Source: Candidatus Saccharimonadota bacterium (GTDB lineage: Bacteria; Patescibacteriota; Gracilibacteria; Absconditabacterales; Absconditicoccaceae). From it: 32,000 nt of DNA. Positions 1-10,949 of the stretch are shown here, piece after piece. Under the pieces are notes generated by a model, which ran no database searches, had not been told where the DNA came from, and worked only from the letters and a program-made list of their open reading frames with translations. Within the stretch, counting starts at the first letter, position 1, and each line of letters begins with the position of its first letter. The position numbers and the translations under genes are program-made. The DNA is taken from positions 904,578 through 936,577 of the forward strand of contig JAUIDC010000001.1 in the NCBI GenBank assembly GCA_030429145.1. The letters run 5' to 3'.

Positions 1-131
1 TGCAAGAGAGCTTTCGTTCTAGCTTGATCTGGAGTAGAAAGAGCTTTGAACTGATCAGACTGATAGTAGTTGTCCAAACTACCATGTTGATTGATTATAT
101 TCTCTGTCGCCTGTTGGTTTTGATCCACCAT
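1..131 (-). CDS. Hypothetical virion-module protein, N-terminal part only (continues past the window start)
   Basis: ATG at 129-131 (minus), reading MVDQNQQATENIINQHGSLDNYYQSDQFKALSTPDQARTKALL with no stop before position 1. It lies 25 nt downstream of the preceding gene in the same operon. Confidence 0.4.
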   Translation of the reverse strand, partial: MVDQNQQATENIINQHGSLDNYYQSDQFKALSTPDQARTKALL

Positions 132-156
132 AATTGATTTGTATACTATATAAATG

Positions 157-519
157 TTATCTGATCCTTGCTATTCATTTGGCAGTTGGGGTGCTGGAGT
201 ATGTGATTTCTATCGTATCACCGTTTCACAGTAGCATTACCTTGTCAGGGAAGTCCTCAAACGTGCCTGGTACTCTCGATATTCTGAGAGACACTCACGA
301 TCCTCATGTCACAATAATATCAACGGGATATCATAGTGTGTTTTGCCACGTTGCAGGAGATCCAGAGAGCGTCAGTGTAAATACATTTTGTAGCTCCGTA
401 TATTTTGATATTGGAGCAGAGAACACTCCTTCATCCTGTATTGGTTTTAGTTTTGGATGTCTCACATAGGCTTGAGAAAACTCTCATGTCTTATTGTTGA
501 GAGACGGAGTAAGTATCAT
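157..519 (-). CDS. Hypothetical virion protein, 120 aa
   Basis: ATG at 517-519 and TAA at 157-159. Six in-frame TGA codons (for example 484-486) are read as Gly. The product is beta-rich and plausible (MILTPSLNNKTGEFSQAYVRH...). It is co-oriented with the tail genes; the standard-code + ORF 134-469 is its antisense shadow. Confidence 0.5.
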
Positions 520-547
520 ATCAACTTGCTGGCTAGTGCCGAGTGCG

Positions 548-2704
548 TTATTCATTAGGCTTTATAGCATATGAGATATCGATGTCATATATTTCTGGAG
601 ACTCTCCATTGCTTGGATTGAACATTTCTACTATGAGACTGCATTCGTTTCACGATACATTTGCATTTTCTGCTAGTACCGTATGTTTTCTTTGTCGAGA
701 TGCTGTTGTATAATCGCTAGTTGATGGAGCTATTTCTTTTATGAAAAGCTCTATAGTCTTGGATGGTGCAAAGGTGGTCGCTTCAGAGGTGGCAGTTGAT
801 CAGATCCTCACCGTGAAATCGTCGACAACAGATGCGACCGTATACTCATAGATCGGCCTACGGTTAAATCATCTGAACCTGATCACTGATCATGTCTTGA
901 TAAATCATTTGATAGGTGTTTTGAAAACAATGTCGCATGTCGAAGCACCATTCGTCATGCTATAGATCTCAGTATCATTGAGAGACCACCAGAGCTTGAT
1001 TGATCATGGAGTATCTGACCTAGGGATCTTTGCACCGAAGGAGATTTTTTGTGGGATCTTTTCGTGTTGCCATTTTTCAGCTCTAAATGGGTTGAGTTGA
1101 AATCGTCAATAATCGTTGTAGTTATCGTTCGCTTGTGCGAAATAATACTTAATTAGTCTAAATCATAGTTTCCCATTGCCATCGTAGCTATCTGCTGGGA
1201 TGATACCGATATAGAGCACATTACTTTTGATAGCCATACAAGTCACCTGCCCATATGGGAGAGAAATAGGCACATTGAGTGCTATAGGCATGCTAGGTTT
1301 TGCAAATCACAAAGAAAATATCCTATTCATACTATTCTGAGACACACCGCCTCACACATTACCACCGTTTGCCATGTATACCATATCGAGATACTTCACG
1401 ATATTATTTGTGAGATCTGGGTAGAAACCAAATCTATCAGATCCTTCCCTGATAGATGACTCATCGCGAGACCAGCTTCTTATTTCATCCGCATATATAG
1501 GATCGTCACTGTACCCTTGACTCAAGAAAATCTTCCTATACCATTGAGATCAACAAACGACATAGTCGACAGTACCGTCTCACGATATATTGAGTATTTT
1601 CACATCACCATATTTCTTTGAGTGTACTGGGAGTTGAGAGACTCCATCCCAGAAAAACTTTTTACCTCTGTTGTCCTCGTTACCATATACCTGAAAAAGT
1701 GATCAGTTTTTACTGATCCCTCTGATATCAATCGGTAGTGATAGTGTTGCAGAAGTGGTGAAAGCATTGCTTGCTGTCTCAATTCTTCTGATCTGTTTGT
1801 CGACGGCAAGCATCAAAAGGCTACCCTCTTTATGAAATGGAGTGTGATTGTCTGACACACCTGATCGAGTTATTTTCCTTGCAAGTGTTGTATCTGTAAA
1901 TAGGAGACTCGTGAGCTGTCCATTGTAAGAGCTCGATGGTCTAAACTCTATTGTAGGATTTGTCGTAGTGACCAACGCTCAAAACACATAGGTGCGAGCA
2001 TCCGTTCATCAGCTTATTGTACCTATTTTTGTACCACCAACATATACGTCAACTGTACCAGTCGATCCTCAGTTTTCTCTCACTTTCAGTCTAAATATCT
2101 TACCATTTGCAGTACCAACGGCCGTTGAGGTTATCGTCAGATATGCAGTATTTCATGCAGTATGTGTAACATCAAAATTTGTACCCTTTGACCATCATGT
2201 ACCAACGCTATACGTTCCAGCGTTTGTCACATCGACGTATTCGGTACTTCCAATTATTCCTGCATGTGCCTGCCCAGTGTTATACTCCCATGAGTAAACG
2301 CCATGACTAGAAACGATAAATCCATAGTTTCCAATCTTCCCTATATTGAGAATGAAAGCAGGTATTGATACGATGCGTCACGTTGATGTGTCGTACTTAT
2401 ACGTTGTTTCGCTATAGAGAGCCCCACCGTCAGCAACCGATCATCCATATGTCGCTATCATTTGTTCATTATTTCATCCATCGCATTGTGCAACAGGATA
2501 CCCCTCATTGTTGTTCTCGGTGATTTTTATGAAATCATCACCAGCATCACCAATAAGTTTTGATAGCCTTACTCTACCAGACTGAGAAAAAGTATCTATG
2601 TTCTCACCATAGAAATACGAATGCTCCAGAGGCACGTACTTATCGTTTGTGATGCCTCATATGAGAGTCGGGATGTTGTATGGTTGTCTGATATCTCATG
2701 CCAT
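548..2704 (-). CDS. Large tail protein, 718 aa, possibly a nozzle or tail-tubular-B-like or receptor-binding protein
   Basis: I translated it codon by codon. ATG is at 2702-2704 and TAA at 548-550. It has 24 in-frame TGA codons and no in-frame TAA or TAG. The track ORF 1703-1975 is an internal fragment. Its size and position, after an adaptor-like gene downstream of the MCP, match podovirus nozzle proteins. Confidence 0.7.
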
Positions 2705-2708
2705 GGCG

Positions 2709-3395
2709 TTACACTAGGTTGCTGTTATCAGGTCTTTCTCAGTAGGCAGGCTTTGTGCTTCTGATGCTGACCTCATCTAAAAGAGTATCTAGTTTTCTTT
2801 TGAACTCTGCCTCATTGTCATTTTTTTCGTTTATGAGTTGCCTTTCTTTGAACAGATCGCTTGCTACTCATAGTGGCAAAAGAAAGTGCATCTCGTATGG
2901 GAGTCTTATGTCGGCCTCAACGCTTGATGACGATAGAGGCGCTGGCTGTCTTATTCCTTCAAATTTTATACCATTTGTCACAGCAACAGTCGGTGTTGGA
3001 AAGATGAATATACTATCATCTGCTATGATGTAGAAAGGATCATCTTTCGACTGGTTCGTTTTATACCGTAGAATATCAGTGTCTTTGTCCAATTCCTCGA
3101 AACTCCTCTCTGTGCATGGAGTGAAATAGTCATCGGTAGATGCATATTTGATCCCGATGTTTTCGATTTTCCTCTGTCCTGGAGTTGTACCACTCACTCA
3201 CAATATGGTGTACTCGCTTTGATCCAAAACTGAGTCCGCATATCGTCTATCTCGTTGGTAGCTCCTATCTTTCAAGACGATTTCTGAGTATATCAAATCA
3301 CGGACAGCCGAGAGGATGTCGTAACAATCGTCGTCATCAGTGGTATAGTTACCACTTAATCTCCTTGCTCTCGCAATTATCGCACTAGGTAGCAT
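2709..3395 (-). CDS. Putative head-tail adaptor or tail-tubular-A-like protein, 228 aa
   Basis: Track ORFs 3198-3395 and 2868-3197 are contiguous in one frame across TGA 3198-3200. The frame continues through TGA 2868-2870 and 2739-2741 to TAA at 2709-2711. The function is inferred from position only. Confidence 0.6.
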
Positions 3396-3426
3396 ACTTC
3401 CATGAGGTTATCCATAAAATGTATTG

Positions 3427-3453
3427 CTTTGGTTATATGTGCCACAACCAAAG
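3427..3453 (-). terminator. 8-bp stem-loop between the 163-aa gene and the adaptor-like gene (attenuator or stabiliser)
   Basis: CTTTGGTT pairs with AACCAAAG, starting 9 nt after the TAG at 3462. The downstream U-tract is weak. Confidence 0.35.
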
Positions 3454-3461
3454 CTAACATA

Positions 3462-3953
3462 CTATGAGTCCTCTCCCTCTGCATCGTCTTCATCGTCAGA
3501 GTCAGCATCAGCATCCTCATCATCAGAAGCGTCAGGCATTTCTGCGAGAGCCTTATCGACCTTAGTTTTGAGTTTATCAAGACCAGTATTGTGATAGTTC
3601 TTGATACCAAGAGCCTTTGCAGTCTCTCTATATTCCTCCTCAGTCTGAGGGTTCATATTGATGTCCACATTTGCATCATCAGAAGCGTCTTCTGAGTCTG
3701 CATTTGCGTCTTCTGCTGGAGACTCGTCTGGTTTGATCATAGATCTTTCGTGAGTCCATTTATCTCTAGGGACAATAGGATCTCATCCACCAAATCCAGC
3801 ATTGACAGATACTCTCGCACCTTTCTTTTTTGCTACATGGTTGCGATCTACTATTTGATAGTTATCAGGTTTCCCATTTTCTCTGTTCTGCCTGATCCTT
3901 GCGACATCTTCTGTACGCACTTTTCTACCTTCAAACATGATATATTGAGCCAT
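3462..3953 (-). CDS. Acidic hypothetical head-associated protein, 163 aa
   Basis: ATG at 3951-3953 joins in frame to track ORF 3462-3740 across one TGA; the stop is TAG at 3462-3464. It has D/E-rich tails and a helix-extension-helix-like segment (ETAKALGIKNYHNTGLDKLKTKV). Confidence 0.6.
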
Positions 3954-3969
3954 TATAATTCGTATAAGA

Positions 3970-4005
3970 TAAATAAAGAAAAGGAAGGAGGCAAAGCCTC
4001 CGTCC
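3970..4005 (-). terminator. Intrinsic terminator or attenuator directly after the major capsid gene
   Basis: On the minus strand GGAGGC-TTT-GCCTCC (3987-4001) is followed by a T-rich run (TTCCTTTTCTTTATTT). Confidence 0.5.
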
Positions 4006-4011
4006 TATAGA

Positions 4012-4971
4012 CTAGCTACCAGGAGAACCAACCAAAGTGAATGGAAGATTTCTGAGACCATATTTGAATGATCCAGCATATGCCCACTTCCATGAGAGGT
4101 TTTGTGACTCAGTCATCACATCTCCTTGGAGTTGAGGTCTTTCGATGAAGTTCACGAACATTGGGTTCTCAACAGCCAACATATCTGAGTCTGCAACAAA
4201 GAAGTATGCAGTACCACTTGTTAGCCATGGAGTCTCGATGATTGTGTACTCACCAGCGTAGATATTGATATTTCCAACTGAAGTAGCTTGATATTGAGTA
4301 CGAATGTTCTCGATACCAAAGATTTGTTTTGCAAGAGCAGCAGCAGCTCCTCCCTTCTTGACTATGATAGTCTTGAAGTTGAGAGGCATCTCCGCTCCAG
4401 TAGAGTCAACAAATGCTCCTCCGTATGCTTCAACAGCTTTTACAACATCGAGAGAGAGTGCTGATGATGCGAGCTTGTTATCGAATGTTCCATCAGAAGA
4501 ATTCCATAGATGTGCATCATTACATACAGATAGTCCATCTGGAGCTAACACATAAGAACCAGTGAACGCGTCATTGAGGATCTTGTGTGTTTCTTTCTCG
4601 AGAAATGAGTGCATAGCAACGAGTGCACCATTTTTCTGGTTATTTACGATCTCAAGGATCTTCTCAGTGTTGTCTCTTGCCTTCAATCTTGCCTTTTTAG
4701 AGACAGAGATTGTATGACCGAACTCCTCTGAGTCGAAAGTAGATCTGTATCCCTTTCCGATCTTTGACTCTGGTAGATTTTCGTTCTCGTCGAAGTATGT
4801 AGGTTGATCTACTCCTTCGTTAGAGGTGAAAGACTCTGAGTATTCGTCAGTGTCTGCCACATCGAAGATCTTATTCATTGCCGAATTTCTGATTGCTTCC
4901 ATAGTCTGGTTATCGAAGTGTTTTTTCACAGACTTGGCAAAATCAGAGTTAAATTCTTGAATAGTAAGCAT
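4012..4971 (-). CDS. Major capsid protein, HK97-fold type, 319 aa
   Basis: Intact ORF with no in-frame TGA and a TAG stop. It sits after the scaffold and decoration genes and has typical size and composition. The C-terminal region (...AYFFVADSDMLAVENPMFVNFIERPQLQGD...) resembles the Mu-T/P22-like capsid class. Confidence 0.85.
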   Translation of the reverse strand: MLTIQEFNSDFAKSVKKHFDNQTMEAIRNSAMNKIFDVADTDEYSESFTSNEGVDQPTYFDENENLPESKIGKGYRSTFDSEEFGHTISVSKKARLKARDNTEKILEIVNNQKNGALVAMHSFLEKETHKILNDAFTGSYVLAPDGLSVCNDAHLWNSSDGTFDNKLASSALSLDVVKAVEAYGGAFVDSTGAEMPLNFKTIIVKKGGAAAALAKQIFGIENIRTQYQATSVGNINIYAGEYTIIETPWLTSGTAYFFVADSDMLAVENPMFVNFIERPQLQGDVMTESQNLSWKWAYAGSFKYGLRNLPFTLVGSPGS

Positions 4972-5013
4972 GATAAGTCGATAGTAAAACGAGGTAAAAT
5001 AGCAGGCAATCTG

Positions 5014-5442
5014 CTAGTAAATGTGTTTGTTGATTTTCACAACGATGTTTCCTACAGCACCGACGGTAGTACCATGCTTGGTAGTGTCGTATGGGCTGAT
5101 CTTGAATACGTCAGTAGAACTTGCACCAACGTCAATGAGTTGATCTGAACTAGACATAACAATGTCGACCTCAGTTCCTCTTTGAGCTACTGCATAATTT
5201 GCATCACCAGTACCGATGAATTCAGCTTCCTTGTCTGCAATGACAGGGCATTTCGTTTCACCTGCTGGTGCTCCGTCTGGACAGTTTGCAATAGCCGCCG
5301 ATGCAGCTCCTGCCTCTACAGCAAGACCTGATGAAAGGGCTACCATTCTACCAGCGGTAATGACTGTAGCACTACCTTTCGCTAGATATCCAGTGCGGAA
5401 ATGTTCTCCAGCGTTTAGAATTTCAAAGTTTTTTGCTGCCAT
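5014..5442 (-). CDS. Putative head decoration or cement protein, 142 aa
   Basis: Gly/Ala-rich beta protein immediately upstream of the MCP. Its position and size resemble DUF2190-type decoration proteins. No in-frame TGA; TAG stop. Confidence 0.5.
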   Translation of the reverse strand: MAAKNFEILNAGEHFRTGYLAKGSATVITAGRMVALSSGLAVEAGAASAAIANCPDGAPAGETKCPVIADKEAEFIGTGDANYAVAQRGTEVDIVMSSSDQLIDVGASSTDVFKISPYDTTKHGTTVGAVGNIVVKINKHIY

Positions 5443-5469
5443 AATTAAGAATGGATATGGAAATAAATG

Positions 5470-6051
5470 TTATTTTTTGTCCTTATCGGACTTTTTCTCA
5501 GTGAATGGAGACTTACTGAACACTGCGTCTGCTAGTGATTGAGTACCTCATGGAGTTCCATATTGTCCATGGATCTTTGAGATCTTTGTTCTCTCTTTCG
5601 CAGCATATGCAGGGTCTTTCATTTTCCTTCCGTGAGCGACATGGTATGCGTCCTCCAAAGGGATGTTGTGATCTTTGGCAATAGCTTCTGCATCCGCTAG
5701 AAGTTCATCGCCATATCTCTCGACGAGTGATGCTCTCTCCGCAGACTCTTTCTGCTGTTTAGAGACAATTTCTTTGACATCATCCTCCGACATAGCGCCA
5801 GTTTTCTTGAGATCTTGAACTTTGTTGTAGTTTCTTTTTTCTCTACCCTTCATTTTCTCAATTTTCTGATCTTTCTTGTTGAGCTCCGCTTTCAGTTGCT
5901 CTGGAGAGAGATCTTTGTACTTGTCTTCGGCATCAGACGGATCACGGTCTCCACCCTCCCCATCATCATCGTTGTCAAGATCATCATCGTTCTGAGTATT
6001 AAGCTCTTTTTCATCTCCTTCGTCAGGAGTCGTTGTTGTTACTTCTACCAT
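5470..6051 (-). CDS. Putative scaffolding protein, 193 aa
   Basis: Track ORF 5548-6051 extends through TGA 5548-5550 to TAA at 5470-5472. It has an acidic N-terminus and a charged, coiled-coil-like middle, and lies between the portal and capsid genes. Confidence 0.6.
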
Positions 6052-6138
6052 GGTTAATTGAGTTTAAAGGTTAAATGTTTTATGTAGCCTAACCAAGCTA
6101 CGATGGTCTTACTCCATGACTTGCACGGATGCCGTATA

Positions 6139-6489
6139 TTATCAGCCCCTCTGTTGGAGGTTATGATCAGGATTGAGAGTCTTTGCTTCTTGATAATATT
6201 CGAGAGGTTGTTTCTGGATATTTTCGAGGAACGCTATGATATTTCTCAGTTCTTGTACCTCATCCATCGTATTAGCTTTTGTACGTAGATCCTCGTATGC
6301 TTGATTTATTTTCTCCTGCACTAGATCGACAAAGAACATCTTGAAACATGGATTTTCTAGGAAGCTCACGAACACAGTGAAATCGACTTTTGCCTTCTTT
6401 GTCTTTTCATAGAACTCCTCAAAAAGCTGTCAGAAGTATCAGATCATATTCTCTCAGTAGATGAGTTTATTATCGACGGACTTTATCAT
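6139..6489 (-). CDS. Hypothetical head-module protein, 116 aa
   Basis: ATG at 6487-6489 overlaps the portal stop (minus strand reads ATGATAA). Four in-frame TGA codons; TAA at 6139-6141. It contains track ORF 6142-6375. Confidence 0.5.
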
Positions 6490-8486
6490 ACGACCGACTG
6501 TCTAGTAGGTAAATTGTCTGTCTGAGACATGTTGTTTTTTATCATATTTGCTTGTAGCATAGAGGCCGACGCATTAGCAGTAGATCCCATCGCTCAGTTT
6601 CCATACTCTCACGGAGCGACGTTTCCGATCGACATTCATTGCTCTGTGAGTCTTGACTCTATTTCAGAGAGAACCTTCTCTTTGACTTCTGTATTCTTGC
6701 AACTCTGGAAGCAGATATAGTATGTGAACAGATCTATACCAGGCTTGAAAAGATTTTGTGGCATCTCGTCGGAGTTGATCATTCTCTTGTATATCATCGC
6801 TCTCCTCTCATCCGGTAGTAGAGGGTAGCGAGCAAGAATTTCTTCTCTCGGAGTACCATTCAACTTCTCGATCTCTCTGCACATCATGATTTTTGAGATC
6901 TTTGGCACTTCTGGATTGTTGAGGACAATAGGCTCTCTTGCCGTAAGGTAGGCAAGACGTGGTTTTGCATCCTCAAGAGCTTGTTTCCTAGATATCACTT
7001 TGACTTTCGTCTCGAGTCCTTTCTCGATATCTTCTCTATTGATCTCGAGCTCTGCACCGATGAGTCAGTTTCCAAAATTGGTATATTTCTTCTCGGTATC
7101 AGACATGTACTCCAGCAGACTTCTCAGCCATATGATACGCCAGAAATCTTCTTCTCCGAAACCGATGATCTGTGCATCGAGTCTGAACATGAGGTTTGAG
7201 TTGACTTGCTGTTGCTTAGCTTCTCAGAGAGTCTGGTTTGGTCAGAAAGGCAATCACCTATTAGCAGCCGAGTATCATGTTTCCGACTGTATCTCACGAT
7301 CGAGCCTGTCAATCATGTTAGTAGTATTGCTATCTCACTTGTCTGCATCGAGAATATGGATGGCCTGACTGAGAGATTTCCCATCTTTTGTCCTGGCAGG
7401 AACGATCACAGGTCAGTTCTGGTTTCTATCTTTCAATAGATCGCTATTTGGGATGAGATCCATGTCAGCAAGGATATGACGGAAACCTGCGTTCTGTTCT
7501 TCTTTTATGATCAACAAGTTCATGAGCTTGTTCTTCGCATCTTGGCCTCCGATGGCAAGTTCTGCGAGTCACATACCAGTAGGATCTGCATACAATGGGA
7601 AAAGGTTTGTGTATACAACTGGGAAAGGTACTTTGAGAGGATTTTTCTTTTCCGCCTCAGTGAGAGGGACGATTTCATTGAGTCTATGGACTGTTTTGAA
7701 ACCAAAGCTGACAGTGACTTGGTATTTTCTACCTCTGAACACCTTGAACCACTCGATCAAATTGACCTCTTTATCATCTGCAACAGTCATATTGAGTGAG
7801 CGTTGCATATCGCTCTCCTTCGTGATTTCATCACAAATACCTTCTGGTATCGCATCAACGCCATAATAGACTGGAGGTTTCCCTTCATTTTCCGCTTGTG
7901 CATTGATAGCCTTCAATCTTGCTTTTGTGATCCTTGTAGAGACTCACGTATAGTCATAATCGTTGAAGCGCGTTGTCTTCTGCATGTATACAAACTTTGG
8001 ATTGATAGTATCAAAGATCGGCTCTTTGATATATTCATCCCATCACATTTTGATGCGGGCAGAGACACCATAGAAACCGACGTCTCGCACATGTTGAAAA
8101 TCCTTTCTATGTTTATCCATCAAGACTTGAGAACGCTCTGCCATCTTCTGGAGTCTGTATGCGTAATCATCAAACCAAAAGTCTGTGCCATCGAACTCAA
8201 CGCCGAGATCCGCCTCGAAATAGTTTGAACAATGAGCTTTCATATGTTGATGCAGGACGTGCAATTTCACTAGATCATTCTCGGCAACCTTTGGATTGGT
8301 ATATTTCTTCTCGTAGGTGATCCAGTCTTTCTTTTTGTCACGCATAAAATCCTGTGCGTCGAGGAATTCTTCTTTGATCTCGTCAAGAAGCTCCTTTTCA
8401 AGTTTCTCGTCTGCCTTGATCTGCTCGATCGTGATAACCTCACGAATTCTTTTTGATCTCTCAACGGGGGTACTGATCACCTGCAT
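6483..8486 (-). CDS. Portal protein, 667 aa
   Basis: Track ORFs 8043-8486, 7569-7916 and 6636-6998 share one frame. I translated all the gaps: 14 in-frame TGA codons and no in-frame TAA or TAG, with TAA at 6483-6485. Its size and its position after terL fit a portal. Confidence 0.8.
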
Positions 8487-8515
8487 AGAGTATGGTTCGG
8501 AGTAAATATGACAGA

Positions 8516-8543
8516 ATTATATGACGGAACACAAAATTATCAA
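8516..8543 (-). promoter_or_regulatory. Near-consensus sigma70-type promoter for the portal/head operon
   Basis: On the minus strand TTGATA (8543-8538), a 16-nt spacer, then TATAAT (8521-8516). This lies about 30 nt upstream of the portal ATG. Confidence 0.5.
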
Positions 8544-8555
8544 AGATGTGCATGC

Positions 8556-8586
8556 ACTAAAAACAGTAGGTATAACCTACTGTTCA
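8556..8586 (-). terminator. Intrinsic terminator immediately after terL
   Basis: Perfect 9-bp stem AACAGTAGG/CCTACTGTT (8562-8584) with a 5-nt loop, followed on the minus strand by TTTTT. It sits 5 nt after the terL TAG. Confidence 0.6.
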
Positions 8587-8590
8587 GAGC

Positions 8591-10255
8591 CTACTCGTCT
8601 AGTTCGTCCTCATCTATCTCCATAATCGATGATTTGTACTTCTTTTTGAGTTTTTCTTTATAGCTACCAGGCGTGAAAGGTTTCTCCTCTTTCACACGAG
8701 TCATCCACTGCCCTTGTCATCACTCTGGCATTGTTCTCACCTTGCTCTCCTCTTTGAAGCCTTGGCAACAGATTGCATCGGCCATCACAACGTCGTCGTG
8801 ACAATCTTCTTCTGCTTGAGGCTTTTTATTTCTCACCACAAACGTATACATCTGATCGATAAGTTCTTGATCTGCATCGATCGTCCCGTTTTTTATCATC
8901 TCTTTGTGCTCATCCAGCATCATTGGCCTAGTGACAGAGTTTGTATCCCGACCGATCTTGTCATATACTTTGTCTGAGTCTTTTTTCTGTTTCATCTGGT
9001 ACGTGATGATATCCCCATACCGAGAATAATCCTTTGAAGCATACAAAAATGTGTGTCAATGATTGTTTCTCTCCGGTAGTATTGTTCATGTGATGCCTTG
9101 CTTGTAAACATGATCAACAACATCACACATTTCTTTTCACGGCTCTCTATTCCCCTGATACGAACAGATCAACTCTCATTTTCTATTTCTGACTCTCATC
9201 ACACTCTCATCTCCGTGATCTAATCACTCGGCAAAGTCCAGCCCAAATACTGCATCTGCCTCTGGAGTCCTGATATATCGGATAAGTCATTCGATTTCCT
9301 CATCCTTTTCTCAGACGATAGGCAAAATAGATCTCACGACCTCCAATGGATAGAAAGGCTTACCAGAGAAAATGAACGCATCGCCAGGCTCACTTGGGTA
9401 TTCTTGCAACGTACCTTGCGGATCATCCTTGTATTTTGCTATATATCGTTTCAGCTTTCTATCTGACAGCTTGAGTCTTTTCTTGAGGTGCTCAAGTTCT
9501 TTTGGCAACGACACTTTCTCGCCAGGCAAAAGATCAGACTCGTAATCGTCACTTGTCCACCATGGCACAAAAGTCGTAGCAAATTGTGATCAGATCTTCT
9601 CGTGATTGTTCTGCCACAGAGCATGGAACTCATTCATACCATTCGCAGTTGTCTCCATTGTAAGGTTTGAAAATTCGAGTGCAGGCAGTGCACCTCTGAG
9701 TATCTCTTTGAGTTTCTTGTAGAAAGCGACCTCGGTGAAGTGCGCATCGGTAGGAGATCCAGATCTCGCGTCGAGTGTGATCTTGATCCTTGAGTTCATT
9801 GATGGAAAGTAGTACTCACGTTTGTTGTCGTACTTTGGTATAGGTTTTCTCCATTTACCATTTTTTGTGACAATCACATCGGGGATGCGCTCATACATAA
9901 GTTTGAGCCTCTGGAAAATTTCTTCTGCTTTCTCCCTATCGTGAGCGACGATAATAGCATTAGTATCTCTATAGAAAAGACACTTATCGAGTTTTTCAGC
10001 AAGTTTGTACGTCGTAAATCATATCTGTCTGGCCTTGAGGATAATATGCCATACCTTTCCGTACTTCTCTTTGAGAGTTTTCTCTTTGAAATATAATGCA
10101 CATTGCTCTTTGTTGAGCCTCATCCTCACGAGCTTTTTACTTCTCAGATCTTGGATATGATAGAGGTGGTTCAATCTTCGGAACTTGTTCAAAAGTTTAG
10201 GCTTCGCCTTTTTGAGCAACTCATTCTTTGTGCCTCTATGCTTAGGTACGACCAT
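8591..10255 (-). CDS. terL: Terminase large subunit, 554 aa
   Basis: Track ORFs 10019-10255, 9590-9898, 9311-9568 and 8720-9046 are in one frame and join across 11 TGA codons; TAG is at 8591-8593. The ATPase region reads ILKARQIGFTTY, with that Gly encoded by TGA at 10019-10021. Nuclease-domain motifs are GLDFAEGLDHGDESV and HDDVVMADAI. Confidence 0.85.
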
Positions 10256-10728
10256 TATTCTTCGAGTTCTTCCTCAGTAAATATGTTGACAGTAAGTCAT
10301 GGATCTTTCACCCTTCACTTGACCTTATTGTATTCTGAAATACCTCTCATCTTTACTCATAGATCAAAGTTCTGTAGTATGATCTTTGCATGTTCTTTAT
10401 CTACTGCCTCATCGGTGAACGCTTCTTCCAGTAATTTCTCCAATCTCCTCTTTATGTCAGCATTTGTCATCAGACGTCGTGCCGAGGTTCTCGCCGAAGC
10501 GTACTTACTTTTGTCTTTCTTGTCTATCCCGTATGCCAGTAGATAGGCCTGCGTTGCGTTGTTGAAACAACCAGGCATGGATGTGAAATAATAGCAAAAT
10601 AGCTCTTGCCTGATTGTCAGGCCATTCTCCGACTTCCCTCCTGCATCTAACTTCGGTAGACGTTTTTTCGGTGCTACCTTCTTTTTAGCAGGAGCTTTCT
10701 TTGCGACTCTGGTTGGTTTTTTTACCAT
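10255..10728 (-). CDS. terS: Terminase small subunit, 157 aa
   Basis: It has a basic N-terminus and the motif LTIRQELFCYYF...NATQAYLLAYG typical of Terminase_2-type small subunits. It reads through three TGA codons to TAA at 10255-10257, which overlaps the terL ATG (TAATG). Confidence 0.8.
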
Positions 10729-10743
10729 GATATCATATGATTT

Positions 10744-10935
10744 CTAAATAGACGTTCTGTTATCCTCGATAGAGAAAGATATGCGAACAGATTTTCCCTC
10801 GACGGTTTGTGCGTAGTGGATAGTCGTCGGGAGATCTGACCGTTTGACCTTCTCTGTTACCAAAATCTTCACTATATTGCTTAGCGGATCTGTTATCCTT
10901 GGATCTGCATACTTTTCCTTTTCGTCTTTTGCCAT
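10744..10935 (-). CDS. Hypothetical protein, 63 aa
   Basis: Intact ORF with ATG start and TAG stop, ending 15 nt upstream of terS. Confidence 0.5.
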   Translation of the reverse strand: MAKDEKEKYADPRITDPLSNIVKILVTEKVKRSDLPTTIHYAQTVEGKSVRISFSIEDNRTSI

Positions 10936-10949
10936 AGTTTGACTAATAC

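Noticed and set aside
134-469. A 111-aa + strand ORF that is intact under the standard code.
   Set aside because: It is Cys/His-rich with junk-like composition and a TTG start, and it runs antisense to a plausible table-25 gene (157-519) that fits the tight minus-strand operon. I treat it as a shadow ORF. The same reasoning applies to 1992-2297 (+), which is antisense to the 718-aa tail gene.
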